Under the pieces are notes generated by a model. The model was not told the DNA's origin. It saw only the letters and a program-made list of their open reading frames with translations, and made no database searches. Position numbers and translations under genes: made by a program. From Lama glama (lineage: Eukaryota): DNA of 64,000 nucleotides. The stretch's first letter is position 1. Every line of letters begins with the position of its first letter. The stretch covers positions 69,566,001 to 69,630,000 of the forward strand of contig CM052817.1 in assembly GCA_028534125.1 (NCBI GenBank), in the 5' to 3' direction. Positions 12,047 through 24,686 of this stretch are shown in pieces.

Positions 12047-12569
12047 AGTCTGAGAAATGTTTTTATATCATCCATCACTAAAGTTATCTCTCGATATCAC
12101 ATTAATCATTGGAGATGAAAATAGCTATCTTCTAATTCTTCTGTGTCGGTCCTGGCGTAAATAAGCCAATGAAAAAGAAGACACTGCCTTCTACTGTTCA
12201 GTTTCAGAATAGATAATCCTGTCAGGGGCTCGTCCTCTTCTGTCAGACTGGAACTAAAGTGGGGGAGCCATCTATGAGAACCAGGCCCTGGGAAGAGAAT
12301 GGGAATCCTGTGAAGGATCTACTGTCAACCTGCTGAGGTGATGGTCCAAACCCAAACCCACTCTTCTTGCTTCCCCTGGCCAAGAAATACAGGAACCTGC
12401 ATAGTGCAGCCATGGACTGGAAAGGAACTTCAGGCCTGATTAAAGGAGACCTGCTCCATAAGGTAATCACAGAGACGAAATAAGTTAACATAGGCGAAGT
12501 GTTTAAGAGCACTGTTTATATGTTTAAGAGCATATAATAAGTGTTGCATAATTAGTTGAAATTATTATT

Positions 12570-12800
12570 GATTAGATTTGAGGAATTAAGGAGAGGAAAT
12601 AAAATTCTAGGTGGACTCCCATGTCTCTGGCTTAAGTGATGGGATAAATATTGTTGTCATGCAAGATAGAAATACACAGGAAAAAGCAGGCTGAGGCAAG
12701 GGGATGAAATTGACTATTGAATTTGAGGTACATAAGTGACATGTTGTTGCAGATACCCAGTAACAGCTAAAGAACTGCCTCTAGGTAACTTACTGGAGTC
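12570..12800 (-). mobile_element. L2 fragment
   Basis: 'gactcccatgtctctggcttaagtga..ttgaatttgaggtac..gcagatacccagtaacagct'. Confidence 0.55.
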
Positions 12801-13749
12801 TAAAAGCAAGGATTAGCTGTATATTGTCAAAGAGAATGAAAGATGCTTCAGTGGTAGCAACAATGCAAGCTGGAAGCCGAAGTGGTAGCTAGTTTTGTTC
12901 CTGGGAAAGAAATCCCTTGTAACTTCTTACCAAAGCATCCATGCAGACATAGAAAGAGAAAAACCTCTCAGTGTCTTAAAGTAGGCCAAATAATCAACCG
13001 AATACTAGAATCTGGGAAGTACATCTGCTTTAAGCTGAACACATAAAATAGACCACCTGTGCCAAATCTCCCTTTGCCTGCTTGCCCAAAAGTCCATAGG
13101 GAGACCCTTCATCTCTTTCCCTTACTATACAGAAAATTCAAAATCACAAAATTGGAAAGCCACCAATGTTGATTTTTAAAGACAAGCAAAATACTGGTCT
13201 CTTACCACCTCCTACCAGTTCCTCACTCTTCTACAATCTAATGAAGAAACTTCCAGGAATGCACTGAGAGAGAAAGAGAGGGAAGGAGATTTTATTTAGA
13301 AGCAGTGGTGGTGTATTGCCTTCTAGGAGTCAAAGTCTTAGAGGCAGTGCATGCATAGAATTGTAGGTTTGTTTCCCCCAAGTACTTGAGCTAGGAGGTA
13401 AATGAAAACACTATTTCAGCAAAACCAAATGGAGTTAACCAAAGGTTTTTGAGCCCTAGGAAATGGACCACCTGTGAATTTGCCTTCAGCACATGAAGAA
13501 GATTCCTCTAGAACCATGGGCAGAGAATAGGGGAAAGGGCAACTCACACACCTTGCTTTCTGAAACACCAAGTATGGACACATTTGTCTTTTGAGAAAGC
13601 AGGAAAAAAACAGAGAGCCTTTTATGGGAAAAATGTTCTGACTGTAGTTTTTAATGAAAACTCAGAGGAACCATCATGTAGGAAGCTGAAAACAGTTTAG
13701 TTTGGTATCCTTAGCGGAATATAGGGAAACATTGTCTCTAAGAGACAAG

Positions 13750-14480
13750 AAGAGAAAGTAAATACATTGAGATGGAAAGGCAATAAAATAAATGTGAAAC
13801 AAGGATGGATGGATAGAAAGAAATTAAAGTTCAATTATATAATTTACATTCTTATAGAAGGTAGTAATATATTATTGAAATTGTGAAAAATTGTATCAGC
13901 GCTATAAAGGACAAATTTTAAAATGCTCTACTAGAGCTTAGACTCAAAAAGACAAAGAAATAATGATAAAAGAGAGAATGGCATATCCAAGGAAAATGAA
14001 GATTTAAGGTTAAGAATTTTAGCATCCTAAACAAAGAGATTGTAATAACTGGATCCAATAGAATAATTAAAGACAGAATTGGAAAAAAAAACTTTATTGA
14101 CTTGAAAATAGAACACCTGAGTTCTCATTAAGAGACACCATATTCTTGTAAACTCAATAAAAGGTCACAGCTAAAATTATTTAACAAAATATTTGAATGG
14201 CAGAGAAAAATTAAAATGTCTACAAGGATGGAGAGGATATTTTTTCAAAAGAATAAGATTCAGGTAGTCATTAGACTTATCAAGTTAAAACAGTAAATGC
14301 AAAAAAAAAAAAAAAACCGATGAGGAGAAAGATGGTGCACCAAAACTTTTATACTCAACCACTGTGCAAAGGCAACAAAATTTGTTCTCAAGGATACAAC
14401 AGCTTAGAAAGGACACTATTCAAAGATTTTCTTGGAAAACCTTACTTAGAGATTTCTTCCAGCAAATAAGAGTTAATCAA
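13750..14480 (+). mobile_element. Ancient L1 ORF1-like (L1ME/HAL1) remnant
   Basis: A-rich decayed ORF1-type sequence: 'aagattcaggtagtcattagacttatc..aaaacttttatactca..ttcttggaaaaccttacttagaga..ttccagcaaa'. Confidence 0.45.
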
Positions 14481-15370
14481 AAAGAGATAATCACTGTTGA
14501 GGAGGTTTTCTGTGTTCTTCTGACTCAGGTATCTAGTTGGATGATGCCTGGTCAGGTAGATTATGCAGCCTGGAGAGGAAAGCTCAGCTCTGCTTCCTTC
14601 AGCTTCTACCTGCTGCTTCCTCTCCTTCACCAGATCAGGAAGTCGAGCTTGTGCCCCCTCTTCTTTACCCCAGAGCTGACATAGAACCTACTACCATTTT
14701 TGATGGCTCATAAAGCAACAACTAATTCTATTCTGTTAGCACCTTGCAAATAATGAAGAAAATATTTAAAGGATTAGACAGTATGCTGAGAGAATAAATA
14801 AAATTTTTTTTACACCCCTGCAAAAAAACAGCATAGGACAACACAATGATTATTTCCATTGCAAAGGAACGTGAATGATGATAACGTTAAAACCCACATT
14901 GGCCAGACAAAATTGTTGGGATTTTTTCCATTGTAAAACATGAACAGAACTCCTGCTGCAGATGTTAACTTTCCAAGCATTTTTTCGTGCCATCTCATAA
15001 CAGTAAGGAAATGGGAAAATGCTAATTCTGACTGTCTCTGGGGTATGAGATATATTTCTCTGCTTCTCAGTTTTTCTACAGTGATCCTCATAGATAGAAA
15101 AATAAATTTAAATAGTGTAAAGACCTTTGTTCAAAATCATTTAGTCACACATATTTTAAAATATTTATATTAAATAGACTGCATTAGAAATAATGTTTAT
15201 ATCTGGGTTATAGGACTATGGATATGTATGGTCTTCCTTTTATTCTGAACTTTCCAAATTATCCATAATGATATTATAAAGTATTACATAATCGTATGAT
15301 ATATAACTGTATTCTACAATAATTACTTTTTATTGAAATGAGAAACATTTCATTTTAAAACTGAAGGGAA

Positions 15371-15508
15371 GGGGGGAAGGTATAGCTCAGTGGTAGAGTG
15401 CGTGCTTAGCATGCACAAGATCCTCAGTTCAGTCTGCAGTACCTCCATTAAAAATAAATAAATAAATAAACCTAATTACCTACCCACCCACCAACCAAAA
15501 AATTAAAC
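15371..15508 (+). mobile_element. Vic-1-like camelid tRNA-Ala-derived SINE
   Basis: Head gggggaaggtatagctcagtggtagagtgcgtgcttagcatgcac..gttcag..acctcca, A-rich tail, perfect 14-bp TSD AAAACTGAAGGGAA (15357-15370 / 15509-15522). Confidence 0.9.
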
Positions 15509-15911
15509 AAAACTGAAGGGAATGATCAATAATATAATGTTGAGAACTCACCAGAGTCCACTTTAGGAATTTAGATAATCATGAATGACTTTAGTGGGAG
15601 TCAGCCATGTAGAAGATGACTAGTAACGAGTCAAAGAAATCAAAAACAGAGAAAAATCAAAGGAGTGGAAGTAGTAATCAAATTATTAAATACTACACAG
15701 GTCAAGTATGTCAAGACTTAGAAACTTCCATTGGACTTGACAAGACACAAGCTGTTTCAGTGGAATGGTGGAGGCAGAAACCAAACAGAATAGTTTAAAA
15801 AGTGAAAGGAAAGAGGAAGGCAGGAACCTTGAAGAGTGTCAGAGGCTGAGCACTAGTGTTAGCTGTCACAGGGCGAAAGAGTCGTTCTCATCCAAAGCAG
15901 CTAAAGCAGTA

Positions 15912-16587
15912 TATTGTTGGTTTCCTCTGCAACTATCATTCCTCACTTACTCCTTATAAATCATCCCAATTTTTTTTGGAAATCCATATAGTTTCAATGA
16001 ATCTTACTCTATATTTTTCTACAGAGTTGACTCCCATGGCCCTTAGACTAACCCAATCAAGGCATTCTAGCCCCCTGACATTGATTGGTTCATGGGTAGA
16101 GACAGGACCCTGTGGGACCTTGATTATCCCAGTGTTTGGACCCTACACCGGTCCAAACCTAGGGATAATCAAGAGTTTTGCTAGGAATTCTAGGACACAG
16201 ATGCCAGTCCGCCACTTGTCACCACTCTGAGAGCCACATTATACTGTGAATTGTGCCCCATGGAGTAGTGTGGCACACTGGCCCTGACGAGTGTTATCTC
16301 CTGCTCTGGAAAAATGTACTATGATGATACAAGGTCTAGAAGCTGAGGCCACCTTGTGCACGAAGAGAGGATGAAGACAAAGCCAATATGTGAACAAAGC
16401 TGAGTGACAAGAGGACAAACTGAGTAAATTGCAGAGAAACACAACAAGGGCCCAGACCCAACTTCCCTGTAGCCTGTCCTACCTCTGGACTTATTCAGTA
16501 ACATGCACCAATAAATCTCTTTTATTTAATAAGCCAGTTAGAGTTGAGTTTTTTCTTATGTGCAGTAAAAATTATCCTTATGATACA
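15912..16587 (+). mobile_element. MLT1J/K/L-type MaLR LTR
   Basis: Ends 'cctacctctggactt..accaataaat..taagccagttagagttgagttttt..tgcag..atcctta..gataca'; internal 'tgattggttcatggg'. Confidence 0.7.
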
Positions 16588-19500
16588 ATACCCTGCTTCC
16601 TTGCTTGTCCTTACTGCCAACACTCTCTACAAAGGCTCTGTTTCATTTTTTTTGAACAGCAAGCAAAGCTACTCACAGTCCCAGAAAAAGAAAGGCATTA
16701 TTTAATAAATAGGACCTCTAAGGAATTTACCCATGCCTGGCCCAATAAGGAAGGTAAGGCAGGGCTTTAAAGCCCAATCTGACTTCACAACAAGCCAGGT
16801 CAGCAGGCATCCTGTGGTCTGCTGCTGCTCCTTCCTTTCACATACACAGTCCCCGGGGAGATGTCCCGGTGGGAGGCCCCACAAGCTCCTGTTCTCCACG
16901 TTTCCACCAGAGTAAGTTCTTGCATGTGTCTCACTTAATGTATTTCTTAGCTTACTAGTAATAAACTTTCCATCTCTCCTGTGTATCTATTATTTCTGTG
17001 TACTATTTTACCTGGTCTAAGAAAGTGGAAAATATCCTCTACATTAATCTTGAAAACGGGCTTTCATTTCCTGTTTCTTTCCCTTACACCACCATACACA
17101 GATGAGTGTCTTTTCCACCAGACAAAATTTACTGAATACGTCCCAGTTTGAAGAATTGAAAAGAAAGGAAAATACACGTTAACCCAAAAAGAATTTAAGA
17201 AAAAAGGCAACCTTCAAACCCAACAAGTAAGACTCTCTAGGCCACCACGTTCTGGAGGGCATTAGTGTAATCCTCTCAATTCAACCTCTGCCTTTAATCA
17301 TACTTTGTCTAATGTGAGGTTCTCCCCTCATGTGAAAGTTGTTAAGTACATACAAGGTAAAAGCAGCCCATATTTTCTTGATCCTAATGCTTCCCAATAG
17401 TCCAATTTGCAGGCACACGAGGCCATGTTCAACGTGAAGTACAGCATAATGATTCCCTCCCCTCTGAGAAGACAAAATTACTTCAAAGGAGTGCTACTCA
17501 GACACAGGGGTAAACTGCAGCTTGATTTCTAGCTATATGGTCCTTTATATATACCAAACTCCTCTCCCAAACACACACACAGACACACACACTAACTAAA
17601 CACTGAACGTCAAGAAGTTTTAATCTGGATCCAGAAAAATAACACTTAAAAAGACATAGGAGATAGAAGAAATAGGGGAGATAGAAGAAACAGGGAAAAT
17701 AACGTGTCACACATGTATTCATATCCAAAGAGAATTCTACTCCTGAATCTGTTCTGAAGAAATCTGAGCTGAAGAAATTATATTCTATGGCCTTCAGAAA
17801 TGCTGTTACCAGCTGCACTGATAAGTAGTCTACTGGCTATCAGATAGGTCTCAGGAGAATGACCAAGAAATAAAAATGCACAGTGAAGAATTTCTAAATT
17901 GCTATTGTTGAAAAGACACAAAAATGATTAACTTGCTCATCCTTACTTCAGCATCACTCTTGGAGTATTAGAACTTTTGTTTTTATCATACTGCACACGA
18001 TCCTTTAATCATATATTTGCATATTTGACTACTGAAGTCCATTTTACAAAATGTGCTCTTCTACAGAAATATTGAGGACTATACAAATCAAATCTATTTC
18101 ATTGAGCATGTGATGCTAGACCTCTGAATGAATTACTCTGAATCCCATAAAACAGACTCAATGTTAGCAATAAAATACAGGAAAATATACTTTTTTATAT
18201 TTTAAAAATAGTTGTCAAGAAGCAAATAGTCTTGCCCAAAGGGATATTAGTTTTCAATTAACAACTCCAAATGAAAGGCCGTTTTCTCTCTGGAAATACT
18301 GGAATGTAAGATACGTGTTCAATTACTGAATGTGGAGAACATTGGAAACAATTTGGAAATAGGACAAAGAGCTCAGATAAACAACTCCTTTAATAAAAAT
18401 TCTTTATTTATTCACTGAGCACTCAAACTATGTGCATACAGGGGCTTCAGTAAAAAAATGAGAAGTAGCCATTAAGTTAGGTAACTTCCTCCTGTTATCC
18501 AGGAAAATATATTTTAATTGTGATTTACAAATATATCTCTCGGGTAAGACCAAACTATTTAAAATCTTTTAAAATATTATTTATATTTGTGATAATCCAG
18601 GGACTCACTAACTTTAACAATACTAAGAACAGTAAAAAAAAAAAACTATAAATATTTCAGAAAAATAAACTGTTGGAGAACTGATTAAGTTGTCCAAAGA
18701 AGTAAAATCTTCATTATCCATCATATTTAACATTAGCTGCTGGTTAGTGACCTTTTCTTCCCCCAGAACATTAATTACATATAACCTATGCTCTTAAGAA
18801 AATTATATGTGACTCAAACATGAAATTCTATTGGTTTGTACCAAAGATGTTTTCTATCCTTTGACACCTAGTAAAGCACATTTGAAAGCCTTTTTTTAAT
18901 AGCTAGTTGTCTCTAAAATATTAAATAATTTGCTATTCATGGAATTCATGAAAAGAAACCAGTTTCAATGCATCCATATGGTGTTGTTGGGAATCTCCAC
19001 ACGCATGCACAGGCGGTTCAACCACCTAACATTAACCCTAATAGCAAATCAGTAAACACATTTCATTCAACTGGGAAACTTAGGAAGCCAGAATTTTCTT
19101 AATTATTTTATGTATGATTTTTGATTATTAATTGATGAACCTAAAATCAGTATCTGCTTATTTCAACTGGCAGTGACAAACTGATTCTCTGCAGAAGAAC
19201 CTGGGGGCATCATTAAGAAAATAAAAGATAACACTGATACTTTGTAAAAATTATCAGCCAACAAATTATGCTGGTATTTGCCATCTTAGTTGGCCTTGCT
19301 TGCTTTAGAATAACCTAGAGTTTTCCAGTTCCACTGAAAAATAATTATCAAAGTATGTCTTGTCCCCATGGTTTGGAGACTGTTTTTATTTTAAAAAAGC
19401 TAAAATATGCAAGTTTTGTGTCTTCTTGTCAAGTTGGAGAGAGAATAAAAGAAGTAACAGAACTGAAAGTCATAGGCCTAAAATACGTATGTGTGTCTAG

Positions 19501-19699
19501 TCTAAGCTGCTTAAATCTATACACTTGAATCTATCTGCAAAGAATAAAATTCTAGTCCTAAAGAAACAAGCCAAAAGATGTCACTGATGTAGAAACAACA
19601 TTTATGACAATTTTCAAGGTCAGTACTTCAAGAAGAAAGTTTGGAAGAATGTATGTTCAAGATCATTCATTGCAGCATTGTTTTTAACAGGAAAGACGT

Positions 19700-21060
19700 A
19701 TTTGCTAAGCAGTTATGGGTGTTGATTTTTGTCATATACCCTCTTGTCATTCATGGGGATGATCATATGATTTTTTATCTTTAATTTGTGTAATGAATTA
19801 TATCAGTAAATTTTCAAAAATTAAAAATTGTTACATTCTTGAAATAAACTACACATTGTTCAGATTTGTTATTTTATTGTGAAGATGGATTTAATTGCTA
19901 ATATAATGGTGTCATACTCAGGTGAGTAAGAAATATCTTATTTACTTTCTTTAAATCTGCTTAACTTTTACTCCCTGTCCTCATCTGCAGTCCCACCACC
20001 CACCCCTAAATAGTATAAAGGGCTTGGAGCCTTATGGAGGATCAAGGCTTTGAGGTGAGCTGGTCGAATATCAAACATCACTCTGCACTGTTCCCATCAA
20101 GGCACTCTGATCTCCCTCACATACTACCTGTAGGCCTGGCAGTTGGTCTGCTGCTCTTCTACCATGTTTAATGTGTAGAACAATGGCAAGCCCAGACATA
20201 ACCCAGGTGCTCCCCAGAGCCAGGAACAGAGACAGACCTCTGTTGTTCATGTAACCCGCGTAGTTCCATTCCCCCTTCCCAGACCCCTGCATTCTTTTAA
20301 TGATAGTCTGGGGAGAATCCCTCCCCATCTCAGAGTTCCTCTCAGATGCCCTCCTTTCCTTCTCTCACTCCAAGTCCCGTAACATATCTTCTCTTTAGGC
20401 CCTGCCTTTTAGAAACCAGATCTGAAAAGGAAGTATCTTATAGGCAAAGCTAGTTTTCCATACTGCCACAAACTTTCCCTGAGGCAAACAAGTCCAGAGC
20501 TGGCCACCTACTCTATTGCAAAGGAAAAAATGAGGAATAAAAACATAAATTAAAATTTTAAAAATTAAATAAATTCAATTATTTTTAAAAGTCTCCAGTC
20601 ACACTAACATTTTATCTAATATACTGTTATAGATATTCATAATGGAGACTAATCTATGGTTTCCTTTTATGTGATATCTTTGTATAATTTTGGTAGCACT
20701 GTTATAATAGATTTCTAAAAAAAAATTAGAAACATACCTACTGTCTCTGGACTCACAGTAATCTCAATAGAATTGCAATTGTAATTTCTCTGACAGTATG
20801 TTAACAAGAACCTATGAAACCATCTGCACTAGGGGAAGTTGATTTTTGAAATTTTATCAATATATTCCTTGATAATGGTCTATTTAACTATTCTGTCTCT
20901 TTCTGAACAAGACTGGTAGTTTTTATTTTCCTGGAAACATTCATTTCTCTCACATTTACAAATATATTTGAAGAGGTTTCAAATAAGTTATTCTCTTAAA
21001 ATTATTTTAATTTCCTCTGCAGTATTCTCCCTCTTATTTCTAATTTTGTGGATTTGTGCA
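19700..21060 (-). mobile_element. Old L1ME ORF2 remnants, interrupted at ~19910-20590
   Basis: 'gatgatcatatgatttttt..atgaattatatcagtaaatttt' and 'gtataattttggta..tatgaaaccatctg..ttttattttcctggaaa..tcatttc'. Confidence 0.55.
19910..20384 (-). mobile_element. Old LTR, possibly Gypsy-type (MamGypLTR/LTR85-88-like)
   Basis: Minus strand starts TGTTACGGGA and ends '..aagttaagcagatttaaagaaagtaaataagatatttcttactcacctgagt'; no TSD found. Confidence 0.4.
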
Positions 21061-21437
21061 AAAAAAAAATTTTTTTCTGAATAAATGAAACATAACAATT
21101 TACAGAAAGAAAAAGAAAATTCACAAGTAGATCTTAGGGAAAAATGGAGGAAAAAAACAAATTCTGAACTTCCTCATATGTCTTCTAAATTGACAAATGG
21201 CACCATATTGATTTTCATTTGCATGTCAACTTGAATTCAAATTATTTTGAGTCCAGCTTAGGGGAGATTTGTCAGTTATGTGCTTAGATGGCTCACTGTT
21301 TAGTAAGTATAAAATGCTATCTAGTCTCAAAGAGATATTTGCACACCCATGTTCATTATAGCATTATTTACAAAAGCCAAACTGGAAGCAACCTAATGTT
21401 TATTGACAAATGAATAGATAAAGAAAATGTGGTATAC

Positions 21438-23361
21438 AAATCAATCAATGTGATACACCACATTAACAAAAGAAAGGATAAAAATCACATGATCCTCTCA
21501 ACAGATGCAGAAAAAAAGAACTTAACAGAATATTCATTCATGATAAAAACTCTCATCAAAGTGGATATAGAGTGTAGAGAGGGAACATATCTCAACGTAA
21601 GAAAAGGCTACTTATGACAAACTCACAGTTAACATCATATTCAACCATGAAAAGCTGAAAGCCTTTTCTCTAAATTCAAGAAAAGGTAAGGATGCCCATT
21701 CTCATTACTTCTCTTTAACATAGTATTGAAAGTCCTAGCCACAGTAATCAGAGAAGAAAAATAAATAAAAAGCATCCAATTGGAAGAGAAGAAGTAAACT
21801 TCTCACTATTTGCAGATGACAGGATACTATATATAGAAAACCTTATAGCCACCAAAAAAAAAAAAAACTATCAGAACTAATAATTCAGTTAAGTAGCAGG
21901 ATTCAAGATTAATATACAGAAATCTGTTACTTTTCTATAAACTAATAATGAACTATCAGGAAACAATCCCATTTAAAATTGCATCAAAAAGAATAAAATA
22001 CTTAGGAATAAATTTAACCAAGAAGGTAAAAGACCTAACTACAAAACACTGATGAAGGTAATAGAAGATGATACAAAGAAATGGAAAGATAGTCCATGTT
22101 CATGGATTGGAAAAATTAATATTGTTAAAGTGCCCATACTACCCAAAGCAATCTACAGATTTAATGCAATCCCTACCAAAATACCCATGAGATTTTTCAC
22201 AGAAATAGAACAAATAATCCTAAAATTTATATGAACCACCAAAGACCCTGAATAGCCAAAGTAATCTTGAGGGGAAAAAAAAAAGCTGGAGATACCATGC
22301 ATCATCATACTTCAGACTACAAAACTGTAGTAATCAAAATAGCATCATGATACTGGCACAAAAACAGACACATAGATCAATGGAACAGAATAGAGAGCCC
22401 AGAAATAAACCTATGCACTTATGGTCAACTAACCTATAACAAAAGAGGCATGAATACACAATGAAATAAATACAATCTCTTTTGTAAACGGTTCTGAAAA
22501 ACTGGACAGCTACATGTAAAAGAACAAAATTAGAACATTTTCTCACATCATACACAAAAATAAATTCAAAATGGTCTAAGACCCAAGTGTAAGACTGGAA
22601 AACATAAAACTCCTAGAAGATAATATATACAGAACACTCTGACATAAATCATAGCAATATTTTTTGTATCTGTCTCCTAAGGCAAAGAAAACAAAAGCAA
22701 AAATAAACAAGTGGGACCTAATTAAACTTAAAAGCTTTCGCACAGCAAAGGAAACCATTGACAAAATGAAAAGACAACCTACTGAATGGGAGAAAATATT
22801 TTTAAATAATATTACTGATAAAGGATTAATACCCATAAATATAAACAATTCATACAACTCAATATCAAAAACAAACAACCTGATTAAAAAATGGGCAGAT
22901 CTAACTGGACATTTTTCCAAAGATAGCCAACAGGCATATGAAAAGATGCTCAACATCATTAATCAGAGAAATAAACGCAAATCAAAACTGCAGTGAGATA
23001 TCAACTCACATCTGTCAGAATGGCTATCATCAAAAAAGACATAAATAACAAATGTTGGCAAGGATGTGGAAAAAAGTGAACACTAGTACACTATTAGTAG
23101 GAATGTAAATTGGTGCAGCCACTATGGAAAACATATGGAAGTTCCTCAAAAAAACAAAAACAGAACTACCTTATGATCCAGCAATTCCACTCCAGTGTGT
23201 ATATCTAAAGAAAAAAACCCCACTAATTTGAAAAGATACCTGCACTCCAATGCTCAGTACAGCATTATTTGCAATAGCCAGGATATGGAAGCAATCCAAG
23301 TGCCCATCAACAGATGATGAATAAAGAAGGTTTAATATACACATACACACATACACAGATA

Positions 23362-23394
<33 letters not shown>

Positions 23395-23817
23395 ACATAC
23401 ACATACACAATGGACTCGGCCATTAAAAAAAAGAATAAAACTTTGCCATTTGCAACAACACAATGGACCTGGAGGGTATTATGAAATAAGACAGACAGAG
23501 AAAGACATTAAATACCATATGTTTTCACTTAGATGTGGAATCTAAAAAATAAAATGAATGAATGAATTTAACAAAACAAAAACAGACTCATAGATATAGA
23601 AAACAAACTAGTGGTTACCGGTGAGGAGATGGAAGTGGGTAGGTAAAAGAGAGGGATAGGGGATTAAGAGGTACAAACTACTATGTATAAAATAAATAAG
23701 CTATAATTGTATAGCACAGGGAATATAGCCAATATTTCATAATAACTTTAAATGAAGTATAGTCTATAAAAATATTGAATCACTATGTCATAAGCCTCAA
23801 ACTAATAATATTGTAAA
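21438..23817 (+). mobile_element. Nested L1: ORF2 RT to 3' UTR, frameshifted, no poly(A)
   Basis: KSINVIHHINK, FADD (tttgcagatgac near 21809), [29 protein letters not shown]; 3' UTR 'gtatagcacagggaatatagccaata'. Confidence 0.95.
23336..23409. repeat. Interrupted (CA)n microsatellite inside L1
   Basis: atacacatacacacatacacagatac(ac)n..ctcacacacatacacatacac. Confidence 0.95.
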
Positions 23818-24518
23818 AAGGAAGAAATTCTATCATATGCAACAACACAAATGGACTTTTTAAATAAATTAAGCCAATTACAAAAGGACAAGTACTGTAT
23901 GACTGGACATGTATGTGGCACCTAAAGTAATCAAACTCATAGAAACAGAAAGTAAAATTGTGGTTACCAAGGACTGGGGAAGAGGAAAAAACAGGAATCT
24001 GTTGTTTAATGGGTATAGAGTTTCAGTCATACAAGAAGAAAAGTTCTAGAGATATGCTGTATAGCAATGTGCATATAGTTAACACTACTATCTATACACT
24101 TAAAAACTGTTAACATGATAAATTTATGCTGTGTGTTTTTTGCCACTTCTTTTAAAATGTTGTCTATGATCTACTGAGGAAAGTTCCCAAGTTTTCTGTT
24201 TCTCTCTCCCTCCCTCTTTCAGTTGTAAAGGTAGTTTTGCACTAGCATTTTTTAATTTTTTCAGCAATTGAGACTTCCCTATAGAATAATAGATTTGGAT
24301 TAGATTGCTTATAACTACAGTTCAAACATAAAGTTGTAAAATTCTATTTTCTTTCCAATGATATTTGTTCATAAAATAGCAAACTTGGAGTTAAAAGAAA
24401 AGGGCCTTGAAGAAAGTGACTTTTCAGTAATTCTTCACTGAGTTAAGTGAAAGAGAGAGTTCTGCCAGGTTATATAAATTACAGGCTTAGCCCAAGCACC
24501 TTAATCCTTAATCTAGAC

Positions 24519-24686
24519 CAGTGGTTCTAAACCTCACCTAAATATCAGAATCACCTGGGAGCTTTAAAACTCTTTCTCCTGAAGCCATGACTCAGACCAA
24601 TTAAATTTGAATCTCCACGGGTTAAGAGCCAGGTATCAGTGTTTTTTTTAAAGCTCCCCAGTGGGTAGTCAAAGTGGAGAACACTG
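24519..24686. mobile_element. MER5A/B hAT-Charlie MITE
   Basis: Termini cagtggttct ... agaacactg; internal 'atcagaatcacctgggagcttt..gaatctc..aaagctcccca'. Confidence 0.8.

Larger units (their letters stand above)
21323..24150 (+). mobile_element. L1MA/MB-type 3' end (21323-21437 and 23818-24150), split by a younger L1
   Basis: 'gagatatttgcacacccatgttc..gataaagaaaatgtggtatac' resumes as 'aaggaagaaattct..catatgcaacaac..tttaatgggtatagagtttcagt..acacttaaaa'. Confidence 0.85.

Noticed and set aside
15371..15447. tRNA-Ala gene (also at 26209)
   Set aside because: Decayed B box/T arm, A-rich tail and TSDs show these are SINEs
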